A DNA stretch of 62,773 nt, the filler included, from Globobulimina sp. (Eukaryota), in NCBI GenBank assembly GCA_003354225.1. It is 19 parts of 19 records of this genome, joined end to end, with 100 filler letters (N's around TTAATTAATTAA, not from the genome) between each part and the next. Parts side by side here need not be neighbours in the genome. Positions count along the whole stretch, not along the records: positions 33,108 to 36,316 come from PIVH01003415.1; positions 36,417 to 39,625 come from PIVH01003416.1; positions 39,726 to 42,933 come from PIVH01003417.1; positions 43,034 to 46,241 come from PIVH01003418.1; positions 46,342 to 49,549 come from PIVH01003419.1; 14 more parts are not named here. One strand, written 5' to 3'. This document shows positions 33,476-47,453 of the stretch, piece after piece. The position numbers were made by a program, and so were the translations under genes. The notes beneath the pieces were generated by a model. The model saw only the letters and a program-made list of their open reading frames with translations. It had not been told where the DNA came from and did not search any database. How positions within the stretch are numbered: position 1 is the first letter of the stretch; each line of letters opens with the position of its first letter.

Positions 33476-36316
33476 TTATAAGTCCGAGTCCAAATCTTCC
33501 AAATTAAAAGGATCATCATCCTCATCATCACCATCCGCATTCAATATGTTATCATCGTCATCATCATCGTCAGTCATTCCAGATGGTAATCCCGAGGAGA
33601 TATCATCCGATAAATCAACCACAACATCCACTTCTGTCTCCACATCAACATCAACATCAACTTTCTCCTCAACAGCAATGGCAACAACTTCTTCTTTTTC
33701 TTTTTCTTTTTTCGACTCAACAACAATGGATGGCGCCGGAAATGCGTTTGGATGCGTCTTGGTATCACCCAATGCATTGGCCGCCGATGGAGATATTTTC
33801 TTTAATTTCTGCTTCCAAATGGCTTGAATTTCATCGATTTTGTCCGGACAGTAAGCCCTCGAAAACATGGCCGCCTGCGGAATATTATTGGTCGAAACCA
33901 ATAAGTCCAAACACGCCGCAATGTCGCTTAAATAAAAGAGAGTTTGGAAGGCAATGTTGAATTTCTTTTGTTTGACGGCCAAACTCGCCATTTGCTGCAG
34001 GCCCTCTTTGTTATTTGTGGACGTATACAATAAATAAAGCAATGCCAAATCGTTTGCATTCTTTGCGGCTTCCTCAGTGGTAATAAAGTCGCATTCATTC
34101 AGCGCCAAATCGGACAATTGCTTCCATTTAGAGACAGACGGTGCTTTCAATAATATTTGCTTTGCCAAAGACAATTTTTTTAACAACAAAGCTAATTCGA
34201 ACTGATGTTGCGGATCGATGCTGACTTTTAAGGCCAGCTCAATGTGTCCTTGACCTTGCAAGAAATGCGCCAATTTGTTGTAATATTTGGGGTTTATCTT
34301 CTTTTTGTCGATGAGCATCTGAGCGGTGCGCAAATCGTCCCTTACGATGGCGGCTTGATAGGCCAATACGTATCGCAATAACTGGTACGAGATAATGTTG
34401 CATCGCTTATCGATTAAATAGATGCGGTTTGCTTTTTGGATGTAGCCCAACAAATAATAGACTTTGTCCAAATGCTGCAAAATGATGACGTTTCCGTGCT
34501 GACTGCCGGCAATGTAATAATTTAAGCGTTGCGTGGAAGAAACATAAATGAAAATGGAGCCGCTAAAACAGGCCGAAACCACAATTTCGTTGATGTCCAC
34601 TTCCAAATCGAAGGCGGATTCGATGCCATGCTGTTCGATGTTGACGTTGTTGGAAATGTATTTGTCGACAATCTCTTCGTTGTACTTTAAGACATAGAAA
34701 TTGTCGGCGCACTCAATCGAGACATACTGTCCTTCGCTGCTCCAATGGACGTTGTTTGCGGCCACTTCGATGCGGCGGATACATTGAATGCTGTCTTGCC
34801 AGCGATAAAAGTAAATGTCGCCGTCGGTGCTGGAGACGCCCAATAAATAGCCACCAAATATCTTTTCAATTTGGAAGGAAGTGCGAATGCTCTTGAACTC
34901 GACATAGTTTTTGTAGATTTTCACTTTGTTGGCCGACTGCTTGGTGGCATAAATGGACGGCGACGTGGAGCACCACGCAAAGTCCAGGCCCTGTCCAAAG
35001 GACTTATGTTTCAACTTCAATGAGGTGTAAATTGTGTACTCGCCGTCGCCGCAGACTGCGATCAACTGTCCGTTTTTGTTATGTTTGAGGAAATTGGGGT
35101 AAAATTCGCAAGATCCCAAGTCGTCGGACGCTAATTGCAATTCCTCGCCGTCGGTCTGCTGTTTGATGGAGTTTTTGCCGCGCAATATTTTGGTTAATTG
35201 GATTTCGTGGTTCTTGGCCCAGACCACTTTGCCGGACTGATCCATAGAGACAATGGGCTCTTCCTGGCCTAAGGAGATGAGAATGGTGCCTTCGTCGAAG
35301 CCGATGGCCACTTTGTTGGAAGTCACCTCTCCGCCGTACTGCATGTGGGCCGACATCGTCCACACTCGCTCCATGGCGTAATGCAGAGTGGTCTCCAGTC
35401 GGTAGGTGTTGCTATGCCAGATCTTCAACGAGCCGTCCTCGCTGCCACTGATTATGATTGGTAATTGTGGGTGGAACATAACTGCCGAAATGTTGGCCGT
35501 GTGCCCCTCCAACGTAGCAATGCAAGTTTTGGTCTGATAGTCCCAGATTTTCACCAAATTGTCGTCGGCGCCGCTCACTAAAAACGGGCGCTCTCCGCCC
35601 GAGTAATATGCCAAACAGTTTACGCCGCGGTCATGGCCTTCTAACTGGAAGTGCGGAACACTGCTATTTAAGCCCCAGACTTTGACGCTGCGATCCAATG
35701 AGGCGGAGGCGAAGGAATTGCTGTCTTTGGGGTTGATCGCAATTTGCATCACATACTATTAAATTATATATTTACACATGTTATGATGTAATATAATATA
35801 ATAATAATAATAGTACTAAACATGGGTATGTCCTTCGAATATGATGGCGTTCTCCCATCCATTGTCCCAGTCCCATAGTTTGATGCTCATATCGTCGGAG
35901 GCGGATAAGATGAACGGCAATGTTGGATGCACCACAATACTCCGAATATAGTCGGTGTGCGCCTCAAACTCTTTGATTTTCTCACATGTGTTGTAATTAT
36001 AAATGCGAATATGCATATCGTCGGTGCCGCAAACTAACCAATTCTTTCGCACAATAAACTTTGCGGTGCGGACCGGCACTTCCGACACTTCAAAAGTACG
36101 CACTATTGTTTCCGTATCAAAGTTCCATATAAATATATTGCCGGAATACAATGCGCTTAAAATCCATGGCTCTATGCAATTAAATTTATTTTATTTTGTT
36201 TTGTTTTGTTTGACAAATTGATCCAACAATTTCCAATAAATTCACATCACAATACCTTTTGGATGGATGTCAACACATTTCACTCTCTCACTCTTTCCAT
36301 GTAATATCTTCTCTAC
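33476..36316 (-). CDS. COPB2: Coatomer subunit beta' (5' few codons missing)
   Basis: [15 protein letters not shown] (intron 36172-36255), [26 protein letters not shown] (intron 35756-35821), WD40 repeats, coatomer solenoid and acidic tail. Confidence 0.95.
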
Positions 36317-36509
36317 NNNNNNNNNNNNNNNNNNNNNNNNNNNNNNNNNNNNNNNNNNNNTTAATTAATTAANNNNNNNNNNNNNNNNNNNNNNNNNNNN
36401 NNNNNNNNNNNNNNNNGTATGATATTTTATAATAACAATACATTATAATTAATGATAACTATATTGTTACCTATATATTATCATATCTTTATTATATAGG
36501 ATTACTTAG

Positions 36510-39500
36510 GAATTAATTCAATCAGAGAAGAAACATCGATGCATCATCCTTACAACGCATTTTATGGTGTATCGCTCTCTTTGTACTTTATTTATTATAT
36601 TGATTTTAACAGATTAAACATTTTAGGACGAGGCAGATATTTTAGGCGATAGAATTGCAATTATGGCTACAGGTCGAGTTAAATGTTGTGGTACTAATTC
36701 ATTTCTAAAACAATTATATGGTATGTACTGTGTACGTCTTATTTATTTAAGATTTTATGATAATTAACCAATGTGCATTGCAACTAAAGGTGTTGGCTAT
36801 ACTTTGACAGTGTCGTTGGATTTATTGGATGATTTTGATAAAAAAAATGTAAATAATATTAAAACCCATATTGATCAAATTGTATTTGATCATGTTACCA
36901 ACGCAGAGGTTGTAGCACTGTCCGGTGCTGAAATAACATATCGTTTACCATTTGAATCAACACCACAATTCTCGACATTATTTAATTTATTAGATGACAA
37001 TGGAGCTACGTTAAAAATTAAAACATATGGTATTTCTGTAACAGTTAAGTACTGCTTACTCACATATAAAATTACAAATATTTCTGCATGAGCTTATGAA
37101 AAATATACCTATACAGACAATGGAAGAAGTTTTTTTGAAAGTTGGGCACGATGAAATAGAGCCAGCCGCAGTTGCACCTCAACAAGAAACGGGAGAATTG
37201 GAAGAGGAAAAGGAAAAGGAATCTCTACAAGATCAAGATGCGAGTTTTGATTCATTTGAATTACGTTCCATGAATCGTTGTGCAATATTTTTTTATCATA
37301 TTTATGCAATTTTATATAAGCGGAGCATGTGGAATCTAAGAGATAAACAAGCATTGTTTTGTCAATTATTTTGTCCTGTTGTTATTTCGTTTTTTGGTTT
37401 TGGAATCGGAGCAGTTACATTAAGTTTAGTTTCAAATATAAAGGTTTATGAGTTTGCTATCACATTTTGTTCCCTTCACCATATGCATAGATACTTTGAC
37501 TGTGGAACCCGCGATGCCTTTACATCCAACCACTTGGTATCCTTCTTCTGATGATATTTATATACCGACTACAAACCACAATGGATCATTCCCTGAGGAA
37601 GGTAGTCAAGGTACGGATTGGTGGCAAATACCTGGTAATTTCTATCAAGATAATGATGAATTCTACAATATTTGGGACGATTCATATTTTACTGAGAATA
37701 ATGGTGAATTATTAATAAAAAATACAAGCATTGATGTTGATGAATATTTCCATGAAAACAGAACAAATTCGAATGGCTGGTTTTTGAAACCATTCGGTTC
37801 GGTGTATCCATCAACATACGGAGTGACACATAAATTTCAAGACTGGTTATTGGACGAAGGGCGCAGAAATGAACCGATATATATGTCATTTTTTTTTGTG
37901 CCATATTCGATGACTACCAACCAACAAAAGCGTGTTTATTTCGGTATAAATGGGTCAGCATTGCATGGATTACCCATTGCTGTTAATCTATACAATAATT
38001 GGATTGTCAATTATATTTTTGACGAATATTTGGGTGGTGAGGGTCAGGAATCAGTGGCAAATATAAGTGCTACAACACACCCATTGCCACCAACACATAC
38101 ACAGAGTATTATATTACTATATTTTTTAGCATTTCAACAAGCGATATATTTTGTGATTGCATTTAGTTTCATTCCAGCCGGTGCCATATACTTCGTTGTC
38201 AATGAAAAAGAAGCAATGACTAAACATCAACAATTAGTATCTGGAGTGTCATACAGTTCATATTGGATTGCTAATTATATCATGGATGTCTCCATAGGTT
38301 ATCCAGCAATAATTTTAGTGACTTGTGGGGTTTATATATTTCATTCCTTTGTCTTCGAAGATGCGATTGGTTGGTTGATTTCCACATTGGTACTCTTCTT
38401 ATGGTCATCCACACCGTTTTCATATTTATTGTCATTTTTATTTTCCTCGCCATCACAAGCACAGTTTACCACTATTATGCTATATATGGTGTTGGGAATG
38501 GTCATCGGTTTGGTCTGTTTAGGTTTAGAATTAATGTCACCCGAAACACAAGATATTAGTCAAGACATTTTACGTCCAATCTTTAGATTATTTCCACCAT
38601 TTGTTTAGTTTGAATTAAATCTATCATTTCGGCATTTTTCTGTTTGTTTATCTATAAAACCATTTTTGTCAGATATTGTGTGAAAGTTTGATAAATATTG
38701 GACTAAAAATTGTATTATATCCATTTTCTGATTTTGAAGATTGGGAGGTGTTGGGAAGGAATTTTACTTTTATGTTTGTTGAAGGTGTCGGATATTTTAC
38801 GCTGGTCTTAATCATTGAATATTTATCAACATATCCTGTTTTATTAAGAAAATGTGGCTTAATTACAAATATGGCCGCAAAACAAAGAGATGATACTTTA
38901 GATAATGACGTCTGGACAGAAAAACAAAGAATAAAAGATGGTTTAACGCAAATAACATACAAAGAACATGAAGACGAAGCCGAAGTAAGATTAAAAAAAG
39001 ATGCATTAAAGGATGATTCTGTTATTATTGCTGGATTAAGAAAAGTATTTAAACATAGAAGTGGTGGCAATGTAAAAAAATTTGAGGCTGTGAAAGGTTT
39101 ATATTTTGGTGTGAAGCAAAGTGAATGTTTTGGATTCCTAGGAGTTAATTTTACATTGTCTTGAAATTCAAATTGATATATTATATAATTACAAATTATA
39201 CAAAGGTTAACGGAGCAGGAAAAACAACAACATTGTCAACAATGACCGGTGCTCAATATCCATCCACTGGAACAGCATTCATTTGTGGCCATGATATTGT
39301 TCGTCAACAATTAAAATGTCGTCGATACATTGGCTATGTTCCACAGTTTGATGCATTATTTGATTTATTAAATTGTGAAGAACATTTAAAATTTTATGGA
39401 ATGTTAAAAGGACTAAAACAAAATGTTTATAATAAACAAATGGAGATATTATTGAATTCATTGACTTTAAATAAATACAGAAAGAGATTATCGCATACTT

Positions 39501-39625
39501 ATTCTGGTGGCAATAAACGTAAACTCTCGGTTGCTTTGGCGATGATCGGTAATCCGCCCGTAGTATTTTTGGACGAGCCATCGACGGGAATGGATCCGGT
39601 GTCACGTAGAGCAATGTGGACATTT
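36510..39625 (+). CDS. ABCA-subfamily transporter, internal fragment
   Basis: [70 protein letters not shown] and [11 protein letters not shown]. Introns 36567-36626, 36721-36789, 37044-37116, 37424-37490, 38603-38672 and 39144-39205. Confidence 0.92.
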
Positions 39626-39725
39626 NNNNNNNNNNNNNNNNNNNNNNNNNNNNNNNNNNNNNNNNNNNNTTAATTAATTAANNNNNNNNNNNNNNNNNNN
39701 NNNNNNNNNNNNNNNNNNNNNNNNN

Positions 39726-41329
39726 CCCATATACGGAGTAACTTGTGGTGTCTGCTTTTTTTCATCATCGTCAGTTCCCGTCGGCGTAATGTCATCATCG
39801 GGGCCTGTATCACCTACACAGTATAATATTAATTATATTATTATGCACGAAATAGAAAAAGAAAAACGAAAAACAAAAAAAACAGCAACGTTGCACCATA
39901 TATAGGTACATATATACATAAATTACTTACCTGTATCAGGGGCAGTTCCCGTATCTTCGTTTATGTCGCCAGAAGTTATTATATTATCAAGTACATTCCC
40001 ATCTGATCTGGACTCAATTTGCTGCGATTTCAAATATTCATTTATCAATACTGAGGTTGTCCTCATTTTTGATTTTGAAGTTTTTTTGGTCGTTCCAATG
40101 GTTGGCGATAATGACGCTATTGAAATTTTAGAAATATGAAGTTTACCTCGATTCTTATTCGCTTTCTTACTGGAACTAAAATAAAAACACATACATAAGC
40201 AAGTTAAACAACAGCATAATAAGACCACGAAAAACGTCATCATTAATTGTAAATCATTAGTGAAAGAATTAAAAAATGGGTGTTGTCCGGCATGTACATC
40301 TTCTTCTTCATCTGACTGTGCTTTTGTTGCTGTCATAATCAACGTTTCTGACGGAGAAAATGTGGCAATATGTGATGGTATTATGCTTGGATTAATTGTA
40401 GGATCATATGACGGAAATAGCGATGGCTTCACTGTGGGATAATGTGATGGCGATAGGCTGGGAATTATGGTGTGAGCACTTGTGGGTGGTGCAGTTGGCT
40501 CCAATGTTGGGAAATGTGTAGGATTCACAGTGGGAAATGCAGTCGGTATGTCATACTGTAAAGTAACTTTAATGGACATCATATCAACATTGTCGTCCAA
40601 ACCATAAGCATCGGCCGCAAAATATATATTCATGGCAGTATCGGGTTTGAATGACGAATTAAATCCACAGGTTCTCTCAAAAGTATTTGGATTGGCATAC
40701 GTATATAGTAAATATTGAGAGGGATAGTTTTGTAGAATAAATGTTAATGGAGGCTCAATATTTCTGTTGCCAAAATTGATGGGAGGTCTATAGTATTGAC
40801 CCCACTCTTCTTGGCCAGCTGCAAAACTTCGAAAAGTATAAGTATTTGCATCAATGATAGATTTTATGTTTCCGGATAAATATGAAGAATAAGGCTGTGT
40901 GCTGGTAAATGCAGGAAACATCTCATGGTCATTCATGCCATCCATAGCGATGATAGTTGCGAAATATTTGGCTGAGTTTGGCTGTTGGAATGCGACTAAT
41001 AAATTATGATTAGGACTGGCGGCACTTGTGTTTGTATCTGCGTCCACTTCAATGGTAAGAACTGTATGGAATGTTGGATGAAATCCCCACGAAGCATTCA
41101 AGCTTAATTGTAAATGAAATCCTTGCCATGTAGCTGCACCGCCTGTACGTAATTCCCATTCAAGAGGGTCTTGATCAACCATTACATCTAGTTCCGTGAT
41201 TGTAGCACCGTTATTAGTTATATTATGTGGATCTAATGTAACCGTTTTTATGATGGTTAAACATTTTGAGGTTGTGAACAATATGAATAATAGGCTTATT
41301 AACGTAGAAATATTGACATGTAGAACCAT
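39726..41329 (-). CDS. Type I membrane protein with PT/PS-rich stalk
   Basis: Signal peptide, beta-rich ectodomain, PTxxPT repeats and a Cys-rich TM helix. A GTAAGT donor at about 39930 leads to a further exon. Confidence 0.6.
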
Positions 41330-41432
41330 AGTTAATCAGCTGACAGTTTTCTTGAAAAAGTACATTATAACAACAATTAACCACTGGATACTGGTAAATT
41401 CCGGAAATAAATAGTTAAATCAGAGCTCTTTG

Positions 41433-42933
41433 TTAATTGTCTTTCTTGTCAGTTCCTAAAATTCTCCATGATGTTTCCTTTGGAAGATGATCAAACTTTG
41501 TCAATTTATTACGTGTTAAACCAATCCATATAATTCCATACAAAGCACAAAATGTTACTATTATATAATATCCATCACGCTCAATCATTGACTCCTTACC
41601 GTTGCATTGTTCTTTATTATCCCCATCACATTCAATTGTAACTGTCAACATATCAACAGCTTTCAATACGAAATATTTAGGCCAAGTTATGCCAAAATTA
41701 GCAATGGTATTTAGCAATGTTAAATATGTACCACCAATCACAGGATCTGCTATCTCCGCAAAAAAAGCACATTGATTAGTAAACTGAATCTGTGTTACAA
41801 AGGAATAAACAATTGTTATTATCACTAATTTTACAATAAAAATATATGGTACATTTCCATCCGAATCCAACGCAAAGGAGTGTACATTATATGCACCAAT
41901 TAAACCAATAGCGATTCTCACAACATACGCATATTTATATTGTGTTAAATAATTCATTTTTATGAAATTTTTATCCCGCAAACATCTGCCATTGAATACA
42001 GTAATTTCATTTGCATTTAATAATTGGTTTTTATTTTTTGCAATGCAAATAAAATTATAATAAAAAGGCATACCTTAATATCAATGGATATGCTAAATTA
42101 AAGGGTACATAAATAAATATCAATAATCCTGATATCTCTTTTGGAAACCCTTCCTTTTGCAGTTTAACAGCTGAGACGGAATCAATCGCAGTAAATGTTA
42201 ACTGTCTCGTTAACAAAACAACAGCTAATTCCATAACATTCCGCATCTTTAAAATTCTAAAAATGTCAACATACGTCTTTGAAATAGTTAAATTACCCAA
42301 TGTACCATTTTCATCTTTGTTTTCTGATACAAATGACGTAATAAAAATGGTCATCAAAATCGTTCCAGTACCACAAAGGTAGAAAAATTGAGGCAATGTA
42401 ATTATTTTAGAGTCGACACCAAAATAACTGGAGCATATTTCATCAGAATTTAATGCCAAAAATACAGGATAGCCAATGGTCCATCCCAATGACATCCCAA
42501 ATGATTGACATGTTGACTGATATGATACGTTCTCTTTGCTTAATATGGTTAATGACCAACCATCGACGGCTATATCTTGCGTGGCTGTAAAAAATATTGT
42601 TACAAAACACCATATTGTCATATTCCTTACATCCAAATTATCCATCCATTCGGTAACGTTGTAACTGATATAAATCATTAATATTCCCATCATAGTTTGG
42701 CATGGAAACAACCAAGATTTGCGTCTGCCAATTTTTTCAGAATATACACAATCTACAATTGGCGACCATAATAATTTTAAGCTGTATGGGTATGATGCCA
42801 GACCAAATATTGCTAGTTCAGAGTATGAGAATTTATCTGCTAATACAATACGCATTGAACCCCAAAAGAGACCCATAGGAATGCCTTGTGCTGCGTACAA
42901 TATAATTAAGACAACAATGCCTAAGGCATCGGA
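41433..42933 (-). CDS. SLC33A1: Acetyl-CoA transporter 1 (MFS), 5' truncated
   Basis: LYAAQGIPMGL, YPYSLKLLWSPIVD, GRRKSW, ATQDIAVDGWSLT and ADPVIGGTYLTLLNTIANFG. Intron about 41986-42073. Confidence 0.92.
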
Positions 42934-43141
42934 NNNNNNNNNNNNNNNNNNNNNNNNNNNNNNNNNNNNNNNNNNNNTTAATTAATTAANNNNNNNNNNN
43001 NNNNNNNNNNNNNNNNNNNNNNNNNNNNNNNNNGTTTGCTGTTATCTCTTTGTTGATTTTGTGGAGTTTCAGCAATGTGACGTTTCGAAGCAAAGTACAA
43101 CAAATCTCCTTTAATATTTATATTTTTCAGAGCTCCATAAT

Positions 43142-44354
43142 TTAAAACGTGTGTGGTTTACGACAAATTAAACCTTTCAAAAAATCAAAAGAATTGCCAT
43201 CAGGATGTAATTCAAACGCATCCCCATTTTTATTTTGTCCAAGTAACTGTCCATTATCACTAACACCAATGATAAACATTTCAATTTTATCATTACTATT
43301 ATTATTTATATTTTTTGTTCCTTTCACATCTTTACTAACAATAACTTTTTGTCCAGAATGCATCCAATATTTTAAATATTTTTGCTTGAATGATTCAAAT
43401 CCATTTTGTATTAAATTCTCATAAATTGGTTCGAAAATATTCACAAAATTACTTAATATTTCTTCTTTTGTTAGCTCCATTTCTTTCATGTCTTGTTGTT
43501 TTATAATATCATTAATACAAATTGTTGGATGTTTATTATTTACATTCAATCCAACACCGCAAGTAATAATATATTTCTTTTGTTTCATATCATATATTGA
43601 TTCACATAAAACACCTCTTATCTTTGATTGATTATAATAAATATCGTTTGGCCATTTCAGTTGTAATTTAATTCTATTATTTGTTAAACTTAATATGGTG
43701 TCAACAATTGCTATGGATATTATATATTGCATTGTTGTCAAACATTTAACTTTCTCCTGTTTCATATCTGTGATAAAGGAATACAATAAACATCCTTTTG
43801 GTGACACCCATTGGTTATTGCCTCGACCTCTGCCGTCAGTTTGTTTGTTGCAAACAGTCATTGTTCCATTGGGTAGCAACAAAGCATTACTTTAATTTAT
43901 TATTTTTATCCTTCTTATTCAAGAAATAACAAAATTAAATAGAATCGAAACTCTTTTGTGAATGTTTGAGTGGATTTCATACAATCACTAAAAACAAACG
44001 TTTGTGACAACCATTTTGTTTTTAGCGATGATTTATATGATTCGATATTCCATAATGCATTGTTGTCCTCTTTGCTTTCTGTATTCTGATTTGTGCAATC
44101 ATTTGATTTCTGTTTTATTGACCATTTGATTGCAAATATTGGCTCTATTTATTTGTTCTTTTTTGTTAAAGCAAACACACATTACCAAGAACAGTACCAT
44201 TGTGTTTCAGAGATTTGGTATCAATTTCAACATTGTTATGATGAAATAAATACATGGTCGATGATAGACTGCTAAATACTGATTGTGACATTGCCCACGA
44301 AAATAAGAATGGAGATGAAAACCGAGACAATGATTTGATGCGGAAAGTTTTCAT
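43142..44354 (-). CDS. HLCS: Biotin-protein ligase (holocarboxylase synthetase), 3 exons
   Basis: QTDGRGRGNNQWVSPKG, LKWPNDIY, GVGLNV and ELHPDGNSFDFLKGLI. Introns 44145-44197 and 43890-43951. The Arg/Ser-rich N-terminus resembles a mitochondrial presequence. Confidence 0.9.
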
Positions 44355-44423
44355 TCGCTAAAAAACCTTCAAACTCCATCTTTCCTCTATTCTTTTTATC
44401 GATATCCTTTATAAAATAAAATA

Positions 44424-45530
44424 ATGTCCATACAATTTCCAAACGAGATTAATTCATCACTTATCTCTTTAAAAAAACAAAAACAAATGAAACATATCAA
44501 TGCAATAAAAAACGTAAAACAATTATTTAGTGTTTCAAAATTAAAATTTAATAAAGAAAATTCAATAAAAATAGCAGATGATCCTTTATTTAGTAAACAA
44601 TTATCAACCAAACAAGCACAATATATCCGATGGGTGATAGCCTGTAAATTTATCATAGCATCCGGTTTACGGTTTTCTTCATATAATTGCCACGGAATGC
44701 AAAGAAATAAAATTCCGAAAAATATGTATTTTTATTGTGATGATGCGAAGAATTTATGTGCTGTTATTCATGAGGTACACAACAAAAATAATACAAATAA
44801 TTCCTTTTCAGCAAATATAATTTCGCATTGTAGCAAAGTGGAGACCTCCGTAATTCAAACATATTACGGAATTAATAAACAGAATTTGAAGCATTTGGCA
44901 CAAGTCATGAATGAAAATGGCAGTACAAACACAAAGCACTCCATTGCGGGGTCTAATTATTTTGTGAATGCCGATGTAGATAACGGAGATATGATACATA
45001 TTATCCGTATTCCACTAATTTATTATGACGTTAATATGGATTCCAGTTTTTATTGGCTATGTTGCAGAATATCAAAGTATGTGGTTGCAATGAATAATTT
45101 TGCAAATCCGTTATTTCAATTATTCTTTAAAACTATTGCAAATTTTGATTGTTTTATGCTTTCTGTGCCCGTCGTTCCATTAAAAGGTCCATTAAATCAA
45201 ATGTTTGATCAGTTTGCTATTCCGAATGGAAATGATACATTAAATTCCAATGAATTTGTGTCGTTTTTAGCAACCTATGATTGTTGGAATGCGATAGTAA
45301 GAAAACAAAACTGTAGGAAATCAATGCACAAATATTGGCAAACACTGACAAACACAGATGTTAATATAATGGACATTGTCTTTCAATATTCTGATTTACA
45401 GAAAATGAGCGATAAACAAATAATTGAATATATAAATAAATTTAATAACAACTCAATAAAATATACTCAATATTTTAATGAATTAAAATCGGAAATTCCA
45501 TCTTTAGAAAAACATATAGTAGATTTTTAA
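44424..45530 (+). CDS. Hypothetical protein
   Basis: 368-aa ATG-initiated ORF in AT-rich DNA; no family recognised. Confidence 0.55.
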   Translation: MSIQFPNEINSSLISLKKQKQMKHINAIKNVKQLFSVSKLKFNKENSIKIADDPLFSKQLSTKQAQYIRWVIACKFIIASGLRFSSYNCHGMQRNKIPKNMYFYCDDAKNLCAVIHEVHNKNNTNNSFSANIISHCSKVETSVIQTYYGINKQNLKHLAQVMNENGSTNTKHSIAGSNYFVNADVDNGDMIHIIRIPLIYYDVNMDSSFYWLCCRISKYVVAMNNFANPLFQLFFKTIANFDCFMLSVPVVPLKGPLNQMFDQFAIPNGNDTLNSNEFVSFLATYDCWNAIVRKQNCRKSMHKYWQTLTNTDVNIMDIVFQYSDLQKMSDKQIIEYINKFNNNSIKYTQYFNELKSEIPSLEKHIVDF

Positions 45531-45745
45531 TCTTTTTTTTTTTCTTTTATTTTATATATATTTATAGTGTTTGATCTGTGATATCGATCGAGAGTATTTT
45601 TTAGTTTGTTTGTGTTTGGGGCTTCTATTATTTATTTAATTTAATTTTAAAATAACATACTTTGCGTCGTTTACAAAATCCAATAAGCCAATAAGGACAC
45701 TCACAATTATCAAAAATAACTTGGTCGAAAACTTTTTTAGCCATC

Positions 45746-46241
45746 ATGTCAGCGTCAAGTGGTAGTGCAATTATTCTGAAATCATTATACAGAGGCTTAT
45801 TAAAACAAAGTCGAATCTTAGACCAATCCCCCATTCATCAATGCTTTTTAATATCTAAACCAAAAAAGATATACATTCATGAATATGGCACAGCAGTAAA
45901 TGTACGTTTATACAATACAGATTTTGAAATAATTGAACGAGTATTACATGAACATTGCGGTGGTGAATATTTTGCGCCCTCCTATTCCAGCCAAGAAGCG
46001 CAATTATTACAAAATAAAATTAAACAATATTTTCGCTTTGGTATTCCATCCAAATTCGACCCCTTAAAAGTATTAGACCCAACACATAAAAACCAATCCA
46101 ACCAAGAAATATTAAATAAATATTTAGAATTAGCCTTTTATTCCAAAAAAAGATTGTCGTATTCCACCAATATCATCAATAAAATGTCACAAAACCAACA
46201 AGCTCAATTTTTAAATGCATTCGACACCTTTGGAGCAGACA
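45746..46241 (+). CDS. Hypothetical protein with LYR-like N-terminus (3' truncated)
   Basis: LKSLYRGLLK near the start; open to the spacer. Confidence 0.45.
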
Positions 46242-46343
46242 NNNNNNNNNNNNNNNNNNNNNNNNNNNNNNNNNNNNNNNNNNNNTTAATTAATTAANNN
46301 NNNNNNNNNNNNNNNNNNNNNNNNNNNNNNNNNNNNNNNNNTG

Positions 46344-47093
46344 ATTGAAGGCATTATTGCCATCGCTGCGAAATATAATATTGTTATTTTAGCCGATGAA
46401 GTATATCAAGAAAATATATATTATAAAGATACGTTTCCGTTTGTTTCGTTTCGCAAATGTTTGTTATCGTCGTCGATGAGACATCGTATTGAATTGATAT
46501 CATTTCATTCCACATCGAAAGGCATTTTTGGAGAATGTGGATTGCGCGGAGGATATATGGACTTTGTGAATGTCGATGTGGACGGTTTAAATATGATCGT
46601 TAAGTTGGCGTCGATCAGTTTATGCCCAAATACTATTGGTCAGTGTATGGTGGATTTGATGGTTAATCCGCCCAAAGCTGGCGATGAATCGTTTCAATTA
46701 TTTAGGCGCGAATATGAGGAGCAATATGAATCGTTGCAGGAGAGAGCGAAAATAGTGACTTCGGAATTGAATGGCATTGATGGTATATCGTGCAGTACCA
46801 TATTGGGCGCAATGTATGCTTTCCCAACTATTGAATTGCCGGACATTGTGGTGCTAAATGTTTTGGATGCATATAAAATGAATGTGCAGTATAATAGTAA
46901 GCCTGCAGATTTTCTGTATTGCATGGAATTCTTGGAAAGATTTGGTATCGTATTCGTGCCGGGCTCAGGCTTTGGACAAAAAGATGGTACCTTTCATTTT
47001 CGAACTACGATATTGCCGCCAAAGGATCAAATACAGGAAGTTGTTAAATCTTTGGCGACTTTTCATAAAGGGTTTATCGCGAGATATTCATAA
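46344..47093 (+). CDS. GPT: Alanine aminotransferase, C-terminal half
   Basis: LADEVYQENIY, SFHSTSKGIFGECGLRGGY (PLP lysine), GAMYAFP and VPGSGFGQKDGTFHFRTTILP. Confidence 0.93.
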   Translation: MEGIIAIAAKYNIVILADEVYQENIYYKDTFPFVSFRKCLLSSSMRHRIELISFHSTSKGIFGECGLRGGYMDFVNVDVDGLNMIVKLASISLCPNTIGQCMVDLMVNPPKAGDESFQLFRREYEEQYESLQERAKIVTSELNGIDGISCSTILGAMYAFPTIELPDIVVLNVLDAYKMNVQYNSKPADFLYCMEFLERFGIVFVPGSGFGQKDGTFHFRTTILPPKDQIQEVVKSLATFHKGFIARYS

Positions 47094-47276
47094 CAAATAA
47101 CAATTGTACGTGTATATACTAGACATTACTGGTACTTTAACTTATTATTTTTACTCTTCGACTATTTTTCAATGGCATGTTTTGATGACATGGTCATATC
47201 ACATTTGCAATATCCGAATGATGAAACGTTGTTCAGAAGTGGGTTTTTACAGTTTAAAGGTTGTCATCTAGTGGAA

Positions 47277-47426
47277 GTTGAGAGGTTCAGAAGTTTATGC
47301 GTTGAGAGGTTGGGATGTTGAGAAGTTGGTGGATAAAAGTATAGTAGAATTGGATACTGCTTTCATTAATAATTCAACTTCTGAACCTCTCAACTTCTGA
47401 ACGCATAAACATCCGAACCTCTCAAC
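47277..47426. repeat. Foldback element with 52-bp arms built from 8-bp GTT-initiated units
   Basis: Arms 47277-47328 and 47375-47426 are 45/52 complementary, with a 46-nt spacer. Confidence 0.85.
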
Positions 47427-47453
47427 CTGTTAGACCTTTAATTTTTTCTGAAC

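Noticed and set aside
36507-36509. Apparent TAG at the ABCA Trp position, suggesting stop-codon reassignment
   Set aside because: Equally explained as the AG of a 3' splice site (CTTAG|GAA).
44640-44690. FIIASGLRFS resembling a tyrosine recombinase box I
   Set aside because: No H-x-x-R or catalytic Tyr box recognisable downstream.
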